From Leptolyngbyaceae cyanobacterium (lineage in GTDB: Bacteria; Cyanobacteriota; Cyanobacteriia; Phormidesmidales; Phormidesmidaceae), in contig JBHJHA010000063.1 of the NCBI GenBank assembly GCA_050331235.1, positions 1 to 53,660 of the forward strand: DNA of 53,660 bases. The letters run 5' to 3'. The notes below the pieces were generated by a model. The model was given only the letters and a program-made list of their open reading frames with translations, did no database searches and was not told the DNA's origin. Below, piece by piece: positions 20,417-29,868 of this stretch; the stretch's first letter is position 1; each line of letters begins with the position of its first letter. A program made the position numbers and the translations under genes.

Positions 20417-21337
20417 ATGTCTCTAGATATTAGTGCGATCAGAGAGCAGTTACTGGCGAATCAAGCAGAGCCAAATCCGCCAGCTCATACTCCTGCAGAA
20501 AAATCATCTGCGTCCCCTAGGCTTCCAGTCGTCGGCAATGAGGCAGTGCATTGGCAAGCACCCCATCGGACGGAAGTGCTGCAAGCCTTGCGGCAGCGAT
20601 CGACTCCACCAGCGACGCCCCACAGTCCTGAAGAGCTCGCCGCGAGTCCCCCAGCCCACCAAGGAAATTCTGACTCCGCTTCTGTATCTCGTTATCTCCA
20701 GCGGCTACATACCGAAGCCGAGATTATCAACGAGCTCTATCGACAACAGGAAGCCGCCATCCGTAAATTTCAAGGGTCTGTCCACGGTCTATCGCTGATT
20801 TTGATGCGCCAACCTCACGGGACGAAGTTTCACATCGACCAGTTTTGCGAGATACGCGATGCTGCTTTGACAACGGTCATTCAGGACGCGGATGAGCGGT
20901 ATGTGCTCACGGCCGTTGATCTAGACCTGACCTTGGAGGAACAGCAGGCGTCGGCGACTGCTGCTACCATTCGCGATCGCAGTATGCAACGGCCATCAGC
21001 TAGGGCCGGGTTTGCAAGTGCAGTCCCTTTCTCAATGGCGCGGTTGCGGCAAACCCTCAGCGCCGTTCGCCGGGCCTATCAGACCAACAGCGCAACAAAA
21101 CCCATTGTCACCCCGATGGATATTTTGTTTTTTTGCGGGGGAGGCGTCATTGCTCGTTTAGCCCTTGAGCTACTTTTGGCGGCGAACTCTAATCTATGGC
21201 ATTGGGTCGTGGGAATTACCATCGGAGCTGTTGTTTTGGGCCTGTATCGCCTACTGTTTTCCCCTAATCCTGATGTAGTGTTCGTTTCCAGGCTGTTTTT
21301 GGTGCTTGTCGGGTTGGGCATTGGCGGTCAGCTATAG
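20417..21337 (+). CDS. Hypothetical protein with coiled coil and three C-terminal TM helices
   Basis: Long ORF; AEIINELYRQQEAAI coiled segment; C-terminal hydrophobic helices. Confidence 0.75.
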   Translation: MSLDISAIREQLLANQAEPNPPAHTPAEKSSASPRLPVVGNEAVHWQAPHRTEVLQALRQRSTPPATPHSPEELAASPPAHQGNSDSASVSRYLQRLHTEAEIINELYRQQEAAIRKFQGSVHGLSLILMRQPHGTKFHIDQFCEIRDAALTTVIQDADERYVLTAVDLDLTLEEQQASATAATIRDRSMQRPSARAGFASAVPFSMARLRQTLSAVRRAYQTNSATKPIVTPMDILFFCGGGVIARLALELLLAANSNLWHWVVGITIGAVVLGLYRLLFSPNPDVVFVSRLFLVLVGLGIGGQL

Positions 21338-21465
21338 CGCTATTTCTAGGCAGCACGTTGCCCCAATGCCTGTTTGACCTAGTTGGACTTAAATTGACTG
21401 CCCACTTCGCAGTTAGACAAGTCTTTTGCGTTTACCTTGCCTTTCATTCCTAGGAGCTCTATTTC

Positions 21466-21876
21466 ATGATGAGTCAACCAACCCCTGCCCCTAATCCCTT
21501 GCCGTGGAAGTCACTCTTTGCCGGAGGAGTCATCGTTGCAGCGGCGCTAGTGCTGTTGGATGTGCAAAACATGCGCAGTTGGATGGCGCGATCGCAGTCT
21601 TCGGTCAACGAAAAAGCCTGCCACGAGTTTGTGCAAACGGAAGCCACCTTATCCCGTGATCAGCTGGCGCAACTACTCACCATTCCTGAGCGCGACTCGA
21701 AAGCGCGTGTCAGAGAAATCGTGTCTGAACCTTATTGTCGGTTAGATGAACTGAACGTCCGGGCTGATGTTCGGGCTGAGCGTGAAGCCTACCCGCTGGA
21801 ATTTGACCCTAAAACGCAGTTAGTAATCCTGTACGAAAACGATGAGTATGCTGGGTATCGCTTCAATTTTGAATAA
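21466..21876 (+). CDS. Hypothetical membrane-anchored protein
   Basis: AGGAG RBS; N-terminal TM; C...LSRDQLAQLL...PYC...REAYPLEFDP. Confidence 0.8.
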   Translation: MMSQPTPAPNPLPWKSLFAGGVIVAAALVLLDVQNMRSWMARSQSSVNEKACHEFVQTEATLSRDQLAQLLTIPERDSKARVREIVSEPYCRLDELNVRADVRAEREAYPLEFDPKTQLVILYENDEYAGYRFNFE

Positions 21877-21889
21877 GTTAAGGACGGTC

Positions 21890-22381
21890 TTGAATGATTT
21901 CCGTCAGGGCGATCGCAATCGGTGGCGAGCCACTGTGGGACTATGGCTGCTTATAGTTGCTAGCAGCCCTGGGTTGGTCAGCTGTCGTCAAGAAGCCGCA
22001 GCCGCCCCCCGCACCATTGCTGTTGAGCAAACCTGGGAGGTGGGGTTGGGCAGCGTGATTGAAGGATTTCAGGTCGTTGCTGGACTAGGCGACGTGTCGA
22101 TGCATTTGCGAGGAGCATCCATCAGAGCGCCCTTTGATGGCGAGGTGCAACTTGCATCTGGTGGCCAAGCCTGCATTTTGTTTGCGTCTCCCGAGGTGCC
22201 GGCTTATTTGTTTCGCTACTGCGGTATTAACCGACCCAACTTAGGAGCAGTCGACGCCGGAGAGCCCATGGGTCGAGCTGCCTACCTCCATTTTGCTACC
22301 CTCCGCCGCCAACCAGAAGGGACCTGGGCCATTGTCGAGCCCTCTGCCCATGTGCTCGAGCGTTCCCTCGAGAGGTATTGA
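21890..22381 (+). CDS. Hypothetical lipoprotein, degenerate M23-like fold suspected
   Basis: AAGGA RBS before TTG 21890; lipobox GLVSC; IRAPFDGEV and YLHFA resemble M23 elements without a full metal site. Confidence 0.6.
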   Translation: MNDFRQGDRNRWRATVGLWLLIVASSPGLVSCRQEAAAAPRTIAVEQTWEVGLGSVIEGFQVVAGLGDVSMHLRGASIRAPFDGEVQLASGGQACILFASPEVPAYLFRYCGINRPNLGAVDAGEPMGRAAYLHFATLRRQPEGTWAIVEPSAHVLERSLERY

Positions 22382-22486
22382 GGTTGGTCCCGTACCCCCT
22401 GAGTTCCCCCACCCAGTCTGTCTAGACTGCCTACTCATCATTTCCTCCTGACTACTGTTTCGGCCAAAATTAAAGGATTAGCCGCC

Positions 22487-24505
22487 ATGCTAAAGCCCCG
22501 CCAAGCCCTGTTGACCCTCGGCACTCTCGCTGTCTCCTTCAGTGCGGCTAATGCTGCTAAGGCAGATGGCAATATTGCCCTTTCTTTTGACCTGCCCCCA
22601 ACGACACCGTCAACGGAGGCGGCTGATGTCCCAGCCCCGGTGATCGATGGGGCGGCTGAAGCCGCAAATTTACCGCTCCCGGTAACCGATTTTGAAGCCC
22701 CGTTGCCAATCCCTGCAGGGGCAGAAAATCCACCTTTGGCAAGCGACTCGGCCCGACCAGCAGGGGTCTATGGCGGTTTAGACGGGATCTCAATCAGTTC
22801 CACAGACTCTCTAGAGACTTTACTGCCGCCACCACCACCCATCCCCGATTACCTGCAGGCGATCGCTGCCCCCGTGCCTGCGGTAGATGCGGTAATGCCG
22901 CTGGTCAACGAGTCGACCCCTGTTGAGGCAAGCCCGGCCCCCGTTGCCGTTAACTTTGGGTTGAACAAGTCTAATTTTGCCATTGAGCCGGCGATCGCCG
23001 AAATTACCCCAGATCCGGTCGAACCGCCATCGCTGGTTTATTCCGCTGATCGCATTCAGGCATTCTTTGCGGGGGGGACCGAATCATTAGTGGCCAGAGC
23101 CGTAGGCAGCGCAGAGGGCACCCGGACTCCGGAAGGACACAAAAATCCCGCCTACTTTGGTCATGTCGATCCTGGCAATGGCGTTTGGAACTTAGGCACT
23201 TTTTCTTATCAGCATGGAGCTGCAACTCCTGAGGAAGCCGATGATAAGCAGTTGCGCAGACTACAAAAACAAACCGAAGTATTACGCGAAAAAGCCCAGG
23301 CCCATGAGCTAGAACTCTCTTCCGAAGAACTGCTGAACGGGATTGATTTGGCTAACCAAGCTCCCTTGGCAGCCCTTGATCGCGGCGGCTACATTGAATG
23401 GCTCAAGCAGGCCAGGAGCTTAGGCATGGCCGGTGCAGAAGCCATTGTCTATGCTCGCACTCGTTCCTTTCTTGACCCCGATACTCAGCGCTGGAACGCC
23501 CCAGGCTTAGGTAACAACATTCACTCCATTAGCCACGATCAAGAACGCCGGGCCCATGCGATCGCCCGAGCGATTTCAGCCTTTGGGCCAACGGATGTTG
23601 AGCCAGAGTCGCTTATTGCTCAACCTGAACCGGTAGAGCAAGCTCCCTTACCCGCTCCGGTTCGAGAAGTCGTTGCATTTAATGTGTTTGATCCCCAACC
23701 GCTACTGCATACCTTTGAGACTGATGCGATCGCAACTGAACCCGCGCCTCAAGCAGACATTTCTCCTAGTCCCGACTCTGATGTAGATGTTTCCGGCCCG
23801 ACTGCTGCCACCGCTGCGACGCCCCAAACTATCACGTCAAAGATTCCAGCCTCAGTAGAGCCTCCCCGAGTATCCCCCGCTAGTGAAGCCACCGACAGCT
23901 CATTGGTGGAGACATTCACCTCGGCTCTGACTACCGCTTCTCCTCCTCTTGATTTCTCAGAGACAACTACCGCCGACATTGTCGACCCAGCTTCCGATGC
24001 AGGGTTGATGCCGCCGATCGCCCCGACTGACGAATTTGATGGCAGTAGTCAACCGCCATTCCCCGAAACAGAACTCGGGCGGGCTCAGCTTCATAGTCAT
24101 CTCCTCACAGACGTAACGGACTCCGAATCTACTTCCACCCCCGCTGCCCCGGACTCCGAAGCCTCTGTAGTGGCTGCAGCACCAGCGATCGCACCGGAAT
24201 CGACTGCGCCTTCCCCTTTGCTACCCTTTGCCCCTCCGACGGTACTCTTGCCCGATCACGAGATCGTTCCAGATGCCTTGTCCGGTGAACTCGCAACCAT
24301 CGAGCAGCCTAGTGCGGCGTCTCAGGTCACGACAACACCGCCTATCGCAGTGCCAGACGGCACTTCATCGGACGATAATGGAGCCCATAAAAAAGCGTCC
24401 GCGTTTGAAACGGACGCTAAAGCATATACGAAAAAGACCTTGGCTTCACTCGATGAGCTGCAGCAACGCATTCGCTCAGAGTTTAGTCAAAGCACTATTC
24501 GCTAA
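22487..24505 (+). CDS. Secreted Pro/Ala/Thr-rich protein with a central conserved-looking globular domain
   Basis: Signal peptide ANA-AKA; central AVGSAEGTRT...YFGHVDPGNGVWNLGTFSYQH domain between low-complexity arms. Confidence 0.75.
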   Translation: MLKPRQALLTLGTLAVSFSAANAAKADGNIALSFDLPPTTPSTEAADVPAPVIDGAAEAANLPLPVTDFEAPLPIPAGAENPPLASDSARPAGVYGGLDGISISSTDSLETLLPPPPPIPDYLQAIAAPVPAVDAVMPLVNESTPVEASPAPVAVNFGLNKSNFAIEPAIAEITPDPVEPPSLVYSADRIQAFFAGGTESLVARAVGSAEGTRTPEGHKNPAYFGHVDPGNGVWNLGTFSYQHGAATPEEADDKQLRRLQKQTEVLREKAQAHELELSSEELLNGIDLANQAPLAALDRGGYIEWLKQARSLGMAGAEAIVYARTRSFLDPDTQRWNAPGLGNNIHSISHDQERRAHAIARAISAFGPTDVEPESLIAQPEPVEQAPLPAPVREVVAFNVFDPQPLLHTFETDAIATEPAPQADISPSPDSDVDVSGPTAATAATPQTITSKIPASVEPPRVSPASEATDSSLVETFTSALTTASPPLDFSETTTADIVDPASDAGLMPPIAPTDEFDGSSQPPFPETELGRAQLHSHLLTDVTDSESTSTPAAPDSEASVVAAAPAIAPESTAPSPLLPFAPPTVLLPDHEIVPDALSGELATIEQPSAASQVTTTPPIAVPDGTSSDDNGAHKKASAFETDAKAYTKKTLASLDELQQRIRSEFSQSTIR

Positions 24506-25334
24506 GGTCAGAGGCATTAAAAATGAACGGTACGCTACCGCTATTTTGGCCACCTGTCACGAGGACTCGGGGCATTTGTGCGCCGCCCGACTTCCAAGCT
24601 TCGATCGCTTCCTTTTGTAGAACGAGTTCGCCACCCTGGGCCTTCAAGGTTTCTGCCAACAAGCGTTGTGCCTCTGCTCGACCTTTTGCCCGGTTGATTT
24701 CAGCTTGGGCAGTTTGCTCGGCTTCCTGGGCCACGTAAACCGCTCGGCGAGCCCGCTGTTCAGCAATTTGCTTTTCCTCAACTGCCTTAGCAAATTCGGG
24801 CGAAAATTCCAGATCGACTACGCTTGTGTCCAGGACAATGATGCCGTACTTGTCCAGTCGAGTCCCGAGCGCATCGTCAAAGTCTTCCTTCAAGTCTTCA
24901 CGCTTAGTAATCGCTTCTTCGACCGTACGTCTGGCCGCAGCGATTTTGAACGATTCCTGAGTTTGGGGAGCCACAATTTTTGACACGATGTTCTCTAACG
25001 TGCCTTGGGTCCTCCGCACGGTCACAACTTCGCTCGGATCTAGGCGAAAGTTAATCGCAAATCGGGCAGAAAGATCCTGGAGGTCTTTCGTAGAACTTTG
25101 CGCTGGCACCTCAAACTTTTGCACGGTAACGTCATAAATATCGACGGCAGACACAACAGGCGGCTTGAAGTGAACCCCCTCTAGCAGCGCGCCATCTTGC
25201 GCCTTACCCAAAATACTTAGCACGCCAGCTTGCCCTGGATTAATGATGACAAAGCTGCTGGAAGCAATCGTAAATACGACTAAGGCTAAGAACGCCAGCG
25301 CGATCGGCTGCCAGCCGAGAGATTGAGATTTCAA
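24495..25334 (-). CDS. Prohibitin/SPFH (band 7) family protein
   Basis: EGVHFKPP, SSTKDLQ, FAKAVEEKQIAEQRA; AAGGAG RBS before TTG. Confidence 0.93.
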   Translation of the reverse strand: MKSQSLGWQPIALAFLALVVFTIASSSFVIINPGQAGVLSILGKAQDGALLEGVHFKPPVVSAVDIYDVTVQKFEVPAQSSTKDLQDLSARFAINFRLDPSEVVTVRRTQGTLENIVSKIVAPQTQESFKIAAARRTVEEAITKREDLKEDFDDALGTRLDKYGIIVLDTSVVDLEFSPEFAKAVEEKQIAEQRARRAVYVAQEAEQTAQAEINRAKGRAEAQRLLAETLKAQGGELVLQKEAIEAWKSGGAQMPRVLVTGGQNSGSVPFIFNASDLSE

Positions 25335-25550
25335 AAGGGTCTCCTTGTTTATTTTGTTTAAGCTGTAACCATTCTAAGGAGGTCGTCGCTGATTCACCAT
25401 CAGCCAGTCTTAACTTGGCGATTGTAGCGATGCGACTGTTGACTCGAAAACTGCCGCTTGCTTAGGTCATCCGGCCAACTGTGAACCACTTGCTCAGGTC
25501 GCCTTCTAGGACCGGGCAACACCCTCACCGCAGATTGACTTCAAAGGAGA

Positions 25551-26033
25551 CTATGCTGCCATCAATAGGTCGAAGAGCCCATCCTCGATCTCGTAGCCCA
25601 ACATTTGGGTCATTAATTTAAGCCGCGTTGTTTGGCTCTCACCCTGAGCCTGCAACCAGTGGGCAATGACAAAAATCTTTTTCATCACAAAGATTTCCAA
25701 GCCCTCTGGGTTGTAGCGAATGCCATCTTTAGGGCTGAACTGATGGGGCACCAACATGGCGGTATATCGACCTAACTCGCCGGATTCCCAGTCGAGAATA
25801 TATGGCAGCCATGGATAAATCGCATCCAGGCGAATAAACCAAAGCCTCACTTCTGAAATTTCTGAGAGTTCTCTGGGGTCGGTCGGCTCTCGGGGGTAGT
25901 CAATGTCAAAGCTCAGCCTGACAGTGGGATTCAGCAGTTTGCCCTGGCTTTCTAAAGGGTCGATAAATGCGATCGCGCCGGTTAAATCTAGGCTGTAGAG
26001 CGTTTCGGGGGTAAGCCGTAGGGTATGAGCCAT
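25551..26033 (-). CDS. crr6: CRR6 family NdhI maturation factor (DUF1817)
   Basis: DPRELSEISEVRLWFIRLDAIYPWLP, YTAMLVPHQF, YNPEGLEIF. Confidence 0.88.
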   Translation of the reverse strand: MAHTLRLTPETLYSLDLTGAIAFIDPLESQGKLLNPTVRLSFDIDYPREPTDPRELSEISEVRLWFIRLDAIYPWLPYILDWESGELGRYTAMLVPHQFSPKDGIRYNPEGLEIFVMKKIFVIAHWLQAQGESQTTRLKLMTQMLGYEIEDGLFDLLMAA

Positions 26034-26160
26034 GCGCCTTCATCGTTGTGCAACCCTTTTATTCTGCCAGCTTCCCTGTACAGTCATTCACGACATGCCA
26101 TGATAGGTAAGTTTGTTTTCTGCTTGTGCAGCAGCGCCGTTTATTGGAACTGTCCGCCCC

Positions 26161-27276
26161 ATGTCTGCGCCTACCTCTGTTTGCATCACCCTAGGAACTC
26201 GCCCCGAGGCGATCAAGTTGGCCCCGGTGATCAAAGCCTTTCAGCAATCGGATGACTTTGCGACGCAAGTAGTCCTCACGGGGCAGCATCGGGAAATGGT
26301 GGCGCAGGTAATGGATTTATTTCAGCTGGAGGCGGATGAGGATTTAGACATCATGCAGCCCAAGCAGACACTGACAGATATCACCTGCCGCAGTTTGCAA
26401 GGTTTAGAAGCCTATTTTCAGCGATCGCAGCCGCAGTTAGTAATTGTGCAGGGCGACACCACCACGGCCTTTTCCGCCGCTCTAGCCGCGTTTTATCAAC
26501 AGATTCCCGTGGGCCATGTCGAAGCCGGATTGCGCACCGATGACCTGCTCAATCCCTTTCCTGAAGAAGCCAATCGCCGTCTCATTTCACAAATTGCCCG
26601 GCTACATTTTGCGCCGACCGATACCGCGGTCAGTCATCTTCGCAGCTCTGCTGTCGTGGGCCAAATCCACCAGACGGGCAATACGGTAATTGACGCGCTG
26701 CTCACCGTGGCTGGGCAAAACCCGGCCTGTGAGATTGCGGGACTTGATTGGCAAAAGTACCGCGTCATCCTGTCCACCGTGCATCGCCGGGAAAACTGGG
26801 GTGCTCCGCTACAGGGAATCATCCAAGGCTTTTTGCAGACCCTAGATCGTTGCCCCGATGCGGCCCTGCTGCTGCCGCTACATCGCAATCCTACCGTGCG
26901 GAAGCCGCTCAAGGCTGCTTTAGAGGGGCATCCTCGAGCATTTTTAACGGAGCCCCTCGATTATGGCCAGTTGGTAGGGGCAATGCAGCGGTGTACTTTG
27001 CTATTGACTGACTCGGGCGGCCTGCAAGAAGAGGCACCCGGTCTCGGGAAGCCGGTGCTGGTGCTACGGGAAACGACAGAAAGACCCGAAGCGATCGCGG
27101 CTGGCACCGCTAAACTCGTGGGGACAGACGGCGACGCGATCGCCCACGCCGCCGTTGATCTCCTCACGTCACCTGCTGCTTATTCAGCGATGGCCCAAGC
27201 TGTCAATCCCTTCGGCGATGGTCGAGCTGCGCAACGCATTTTGCAGATTGTTCAGCAATACTTTCAGCTAGATTAG
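26161..27276 (+). CDS. wecB: UDP-N-acetylglucosamine 2-epimerase (non-hydrolysing)
   Basis: GTRPEAIKLAP, TGQHREM, GDTTT, HVEAGLRT, HRREN, DSGGLQEEAP, TERPE. Confidence 0.96.
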   Translation: MSAPTSVCITLGTRPEAIKLAPVIKAFQQSDDFATQVVLTGQHREMVAQVMDLFQLEADEDLDIMQPKQTLTDITCRSLQGLEAYFQRSQPQLVIVQGDTTTAFSAALAAFYQQIPVGHVEAGLRTDDLLNPFPEEANRRLISQIARLHFAPTDTAVSHLRSSAVVGQIHQTGNTVIDALLTVAGQNPACEIAGLDWQKYRVILSTVHRRENWGAPLQGIIQGFLQTLDRCPDAALLLPLHRNPTVRKPLKAALEGHPRAFLTEPLDYGQLVGAMQRCTLLLTDSGGLQEEAPGLGKPVLVLRETTERPEAIAAGTAKLVGTDGDAIAHAAVDLLTSPAAYSAMAQAVNPFGDGRAAQRILQIVQQYFQLD

Positions 27277-27547
27277 CGATCGCCGTTTGACTAAGTTTGT
27301 CAGCGAGCTGCCTGAGTTGCCCAATAACGCTGTCTTGAGATGATAGCCGCTGCTTTTGGTTAGCACGTTGACTGTGAGTGTCGGTATGCTTAGAGGCTAG
27401 CTTTTCGCTGCTTCACCTTTGCTGATTGAGGGTTATCACATCTTCAGAGATGACCTGAGCCGGCCACCTCACAGACTTGCCAACTGCCTCGCGGCTCGGG
27501 AAGTTAGCTACAGTAAAGTCAGGACCTCGCAAGGACGCTCTCTCCTC

Positions 27548-28429
27548 ATGGAATTCACATCACAAAAGCAAGTATTGGTAGGACTCAAAGCCAACCACTT
27601 TCGTCATCCCTTAGATTTGGATGCCACCAATTCTCTGCGCCAGTTGCCTGGTCTCGACATCATCATCCGTACCGCCTTAGGCCCCATCGCAGAACAGGTG
27701 ATGTATCTCGACAACATTTCCTCGAGTGTGCTGGTTGGTCCCCGTCAGCTCCCCGATCTCCATGAGCTATTGATTGAGGCCGCTAAAATTCTCGACCTAG
27801 ACCCTCCCCAGCTCTACGTGCGTCAACATCCGGTCCCAAATGCTTATACATTTGCGATGCGGGGTAAGCAGCCATTTATTGTGATCCATACAGCGCTGAT
27901 TGACTTGCTGACACCGGCGGAGATTCAGGCGGTCATTGGGCACGAACTGGGCCATTTGAAGTGTGACCACAGTGTGTATCTCACCTTGGCCAATTTACTC
28001 GCTTTAGCGACGAGCCAGCTACCGTTCGGTGATGTCCTGGTTCCCGCGTTTCAATCACAAATCATGGAGTGGGTGCGATGTGCCGAGTTTACCTGCGATC
28101 GCGCCGCGCTGCTGGTGGTGCAAGATGCCAAAACCATTGCGTCCCTTTTGATGAAACTCTCAGGCGGTTCGCCCCAGCTCTCTAATCAGCTCAACGTGGA
28201 AGCGTTTCTTGAACAAGCTCGCGCCTATGATACCGCAGCGGCTTCCGAGGTTGGTGAAGCTGTCAAGCAAATCCGGACGCAAGAACTCACCCACCCGCTC
28301 CCAGTTTTGCGTGCGCGGGAGATCGATCGCTGGTCTAATACGCCCCAGTATCAATCTTTGCTAAATAGCGATGTTTCGGCGTATAATAATGACGAAATGT
28401 CATCTAAGGGCGGATGGCGGAATTGGTAG
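27548..28429 (+). CDS. M48 family zinc metallopeptidase
   Basis: PNAYTF, HELGH, AEFTCDRAA, THPLPVLRA; last codons overlap the tRNA. Confidence 0.9.
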   Translation: MEFTSQKQVLVGLKANHFRHPLDLDATNSLRQLPGLDIIIRTALGPIAEQVMYLDNISSSVLVGPRQLPDLHELLIEAAKILDLDPPQLYVRQHPVPNAYTFAMRGKQPFIVIHTALIDLLTPAEIQAVIGHELGHLKCDHSVYLTLANLLALATSQLPFGDVLVPAFQSQIMEWVRCAEFTCDRAALLVVQDAKTIASLLMKLSGGSPQLSNQLNVEAFLEQARAYDTAAASEVGEAVKQIRTQELTHPLPVLRAREIDRWSNTPQYQSLLNSDVSAYNNDEMSSKGGWRNW

Positions 28430-28489
28430 ACGCACCTCACTCAAAATGTGGCGGCTTCGGTCGTGAGAGTTCGAGTCTCTCTCCGCCCA
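28408..28489 (+). tRNA. trnL: tRNA-Leu(CAA)
   Basis: Acceptor GGGCGGA/TCCGCCC+A, D-loop GGAATTGGTAGAC, anticodon loop CT-CAA-AA (28442-28444), long variable arm, T-arm GAGAG-TTCGAGT-CTCTC; CCA not encoded. Confidence 0.95.
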
Positions 28490-28510
28490 TGTTAATCACC
28501 AGGTCAGCTT

Positions 28511-28717
28511 ATGGCAACTCTGAAGCGATGGGAGTCGCCTCGTCGTAAGGGGCGCAATGATAAGGGTCGCGGCGGTTCTGCCCGGCAGCGACAGCTCAAA
28601 AAGCGTGGACAACAGCTCCGCAAACGGTTGAAAGCCGATACGCCTAATCACAATTCTCTAAAAGAGAGGTCAGCCGACCTCTCTTTTTTGCTTTTGGTCT
28701 CAGAAAAAACTGGATGA
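28511..28717 (+). CDS. Small basic protein; candidate alternative ribosome-rescue factor (ArfA/BrfA/ArfT-like)
   Basis: 17 of first 41 residues are K/R; KGRGGS motif; intrinsic terminator inside the CDS; hydrophobic tail LSFLLLV. Function is inferred. Confidence 0.6.
   Translation: MATLKRWESPRRKGRNDKGRGGSARQRQLKKRGQQLRKRLKADTPNHNSLKERSADLSFLLLVSEKTG
28660..28689 (+). terminator. Intrinsic terminator lying within the small ORF
   Basis: AAAA-GAGAGGTC-AGCC-GACCTCTC-TTTTTT; ends about 26 nt before the TGA at 28715. Confidence 0.8.
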
Positions 28718-28754
28718 TCTGGTGAAGTTAATCAGGTCGGATTGATGCACTCCC

Positions 28755-29249
28755 ATGAATCTCTTTGAAATCATCTTTCAATATTTTTGGCTGCTGGCGA
28801 TCGCCACTGGCATTTTTAATACGTGGGTGATCCGACAGCGAATTCAGCCCTCTATGCAAGACAATCCCGCTTTGGCACCGGGCTACAGCAAGCTGCTGCG
28901 TGGCTACGGCTTCATGATGATCTTTCCGTGGATTGTCATGGGCATCGGCATTGTGTTTGGCGGCATCCCCAGCATGATTTATTACCTTTATCCCCGCATT
29001 GGCAATCTAAACGTGTGGGTTTGGTGGGGCATTTATTTGTTGATCAATGGCTACATCAGTGCTTGGGTTCTTTGGCAAGGAGGAGCAGACATGCTGATCA
29101 CCCATCCTGGTTTCTTAAAGGGCAATCCAACCAGGACTCAAACGATCAAGCTCTATGCATTGCTGATGCTGGTCGGCAGTGTTGCGGTGACGGTGATTCT
29201 GTTTTCTCAAGTACCGACAGACCTGCCACCTCTCAATAATTTCCAGTAA
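28755..29249 (+). CDS. Hypothetical membrane protein (4 TM)
   Basis: Four hydrophobic helices; W..GGA..L..HPG motif. Confidence 0.7.
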   Translation: MNLFEIIFQYFWLLAIATGIFNTWVIRQRIQPSMQDNPALAPGYSKLLRGYGFMMIFPWIVMGIGIVFGGIPSMIYYLYPRIGNLNVWVWWGIYLLINGYISAWVLWQGGADMLITHPGFLKGNPTRTQTIKLYALLMLVGSVAVTVILFSQVPTDLPPLNNFQ

Positions 29250-29292
29250 ATCTTGACGCGATCTCGCTTCCCAACATCGCAGAGGCGATCGT

Positions 29293-29868
29293 TCACGATT
29301 GAAGCTGGTCCACGTTTTCGTAAAGAGCCGCAATATCACAGGCGAAGTCAATGCTGACAAACTCCACACGATCGCCCTCACGAAAAACTTCTGGCACCCA
29401 GAGATTATCCGCTTTTCGTTGAAATCGCTCGACGAGAACCTGTTTCTGATGGATCAGTACATATTCCTCAAGCACAGGATTGGATTGATAGTCCGTAAAC
29501 TTATCGCCCCGGTCAAAAGCTTCTGTGGAGTCGGATAATACTTCGATAACCAGCTTAGGATGCAGAATGAACGCTTCATCAGAGCGACGGTCTCGCTCAT
29601 CACAGGTCACAGCCAAATTGGCGTAGTAAAACAGATTCAACTCCGGCAACCGCACTTTCATGTCGGCTGCGTAGGACAAGCATCCCGAACCCCGCAAATG
29701 GTTGAGCAGTAGCGCCGAGAGATTGCCCGTGATGATGACGTGGGCTTTACTCGCACCCACCATTGCTACGATTTGCCCTTGCATATATTCGTGCTTGATG
29801 GGACTGATGCGCTCAATCTCCAAATATTCCTCTGGGGTAAATGAGGCGTAGTGTTTGCTGGTAGTCAT
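29293..29868 (-). CDS. Uma2 family (DUF820) PD-(D/E)xK endonuclease-like protein
   Basis: EEYLEIER..KHEY, PKLVIEVLSDSTEAFDRGDKF, LEEYVLI; expected YYPD reads YYAN. Confidence 0.9.
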   Translation of the reverse strand: MTTSKHYASFTPEEYLEIERISPIKHEYMQGQIVAMVGASKAHVIITGNLSALLLNHLRGSGCLSYAADMKVRLPELNLFYYANLAVTCDERDRRSDEAFILHPKLVIEVLSDSTEAFDRGDKFTDYQSNPVLEEYVLIHQKQVLVERFQRKADNLWVPEVFREGDRVEFVSIDFACDIAALYENVDQLQS

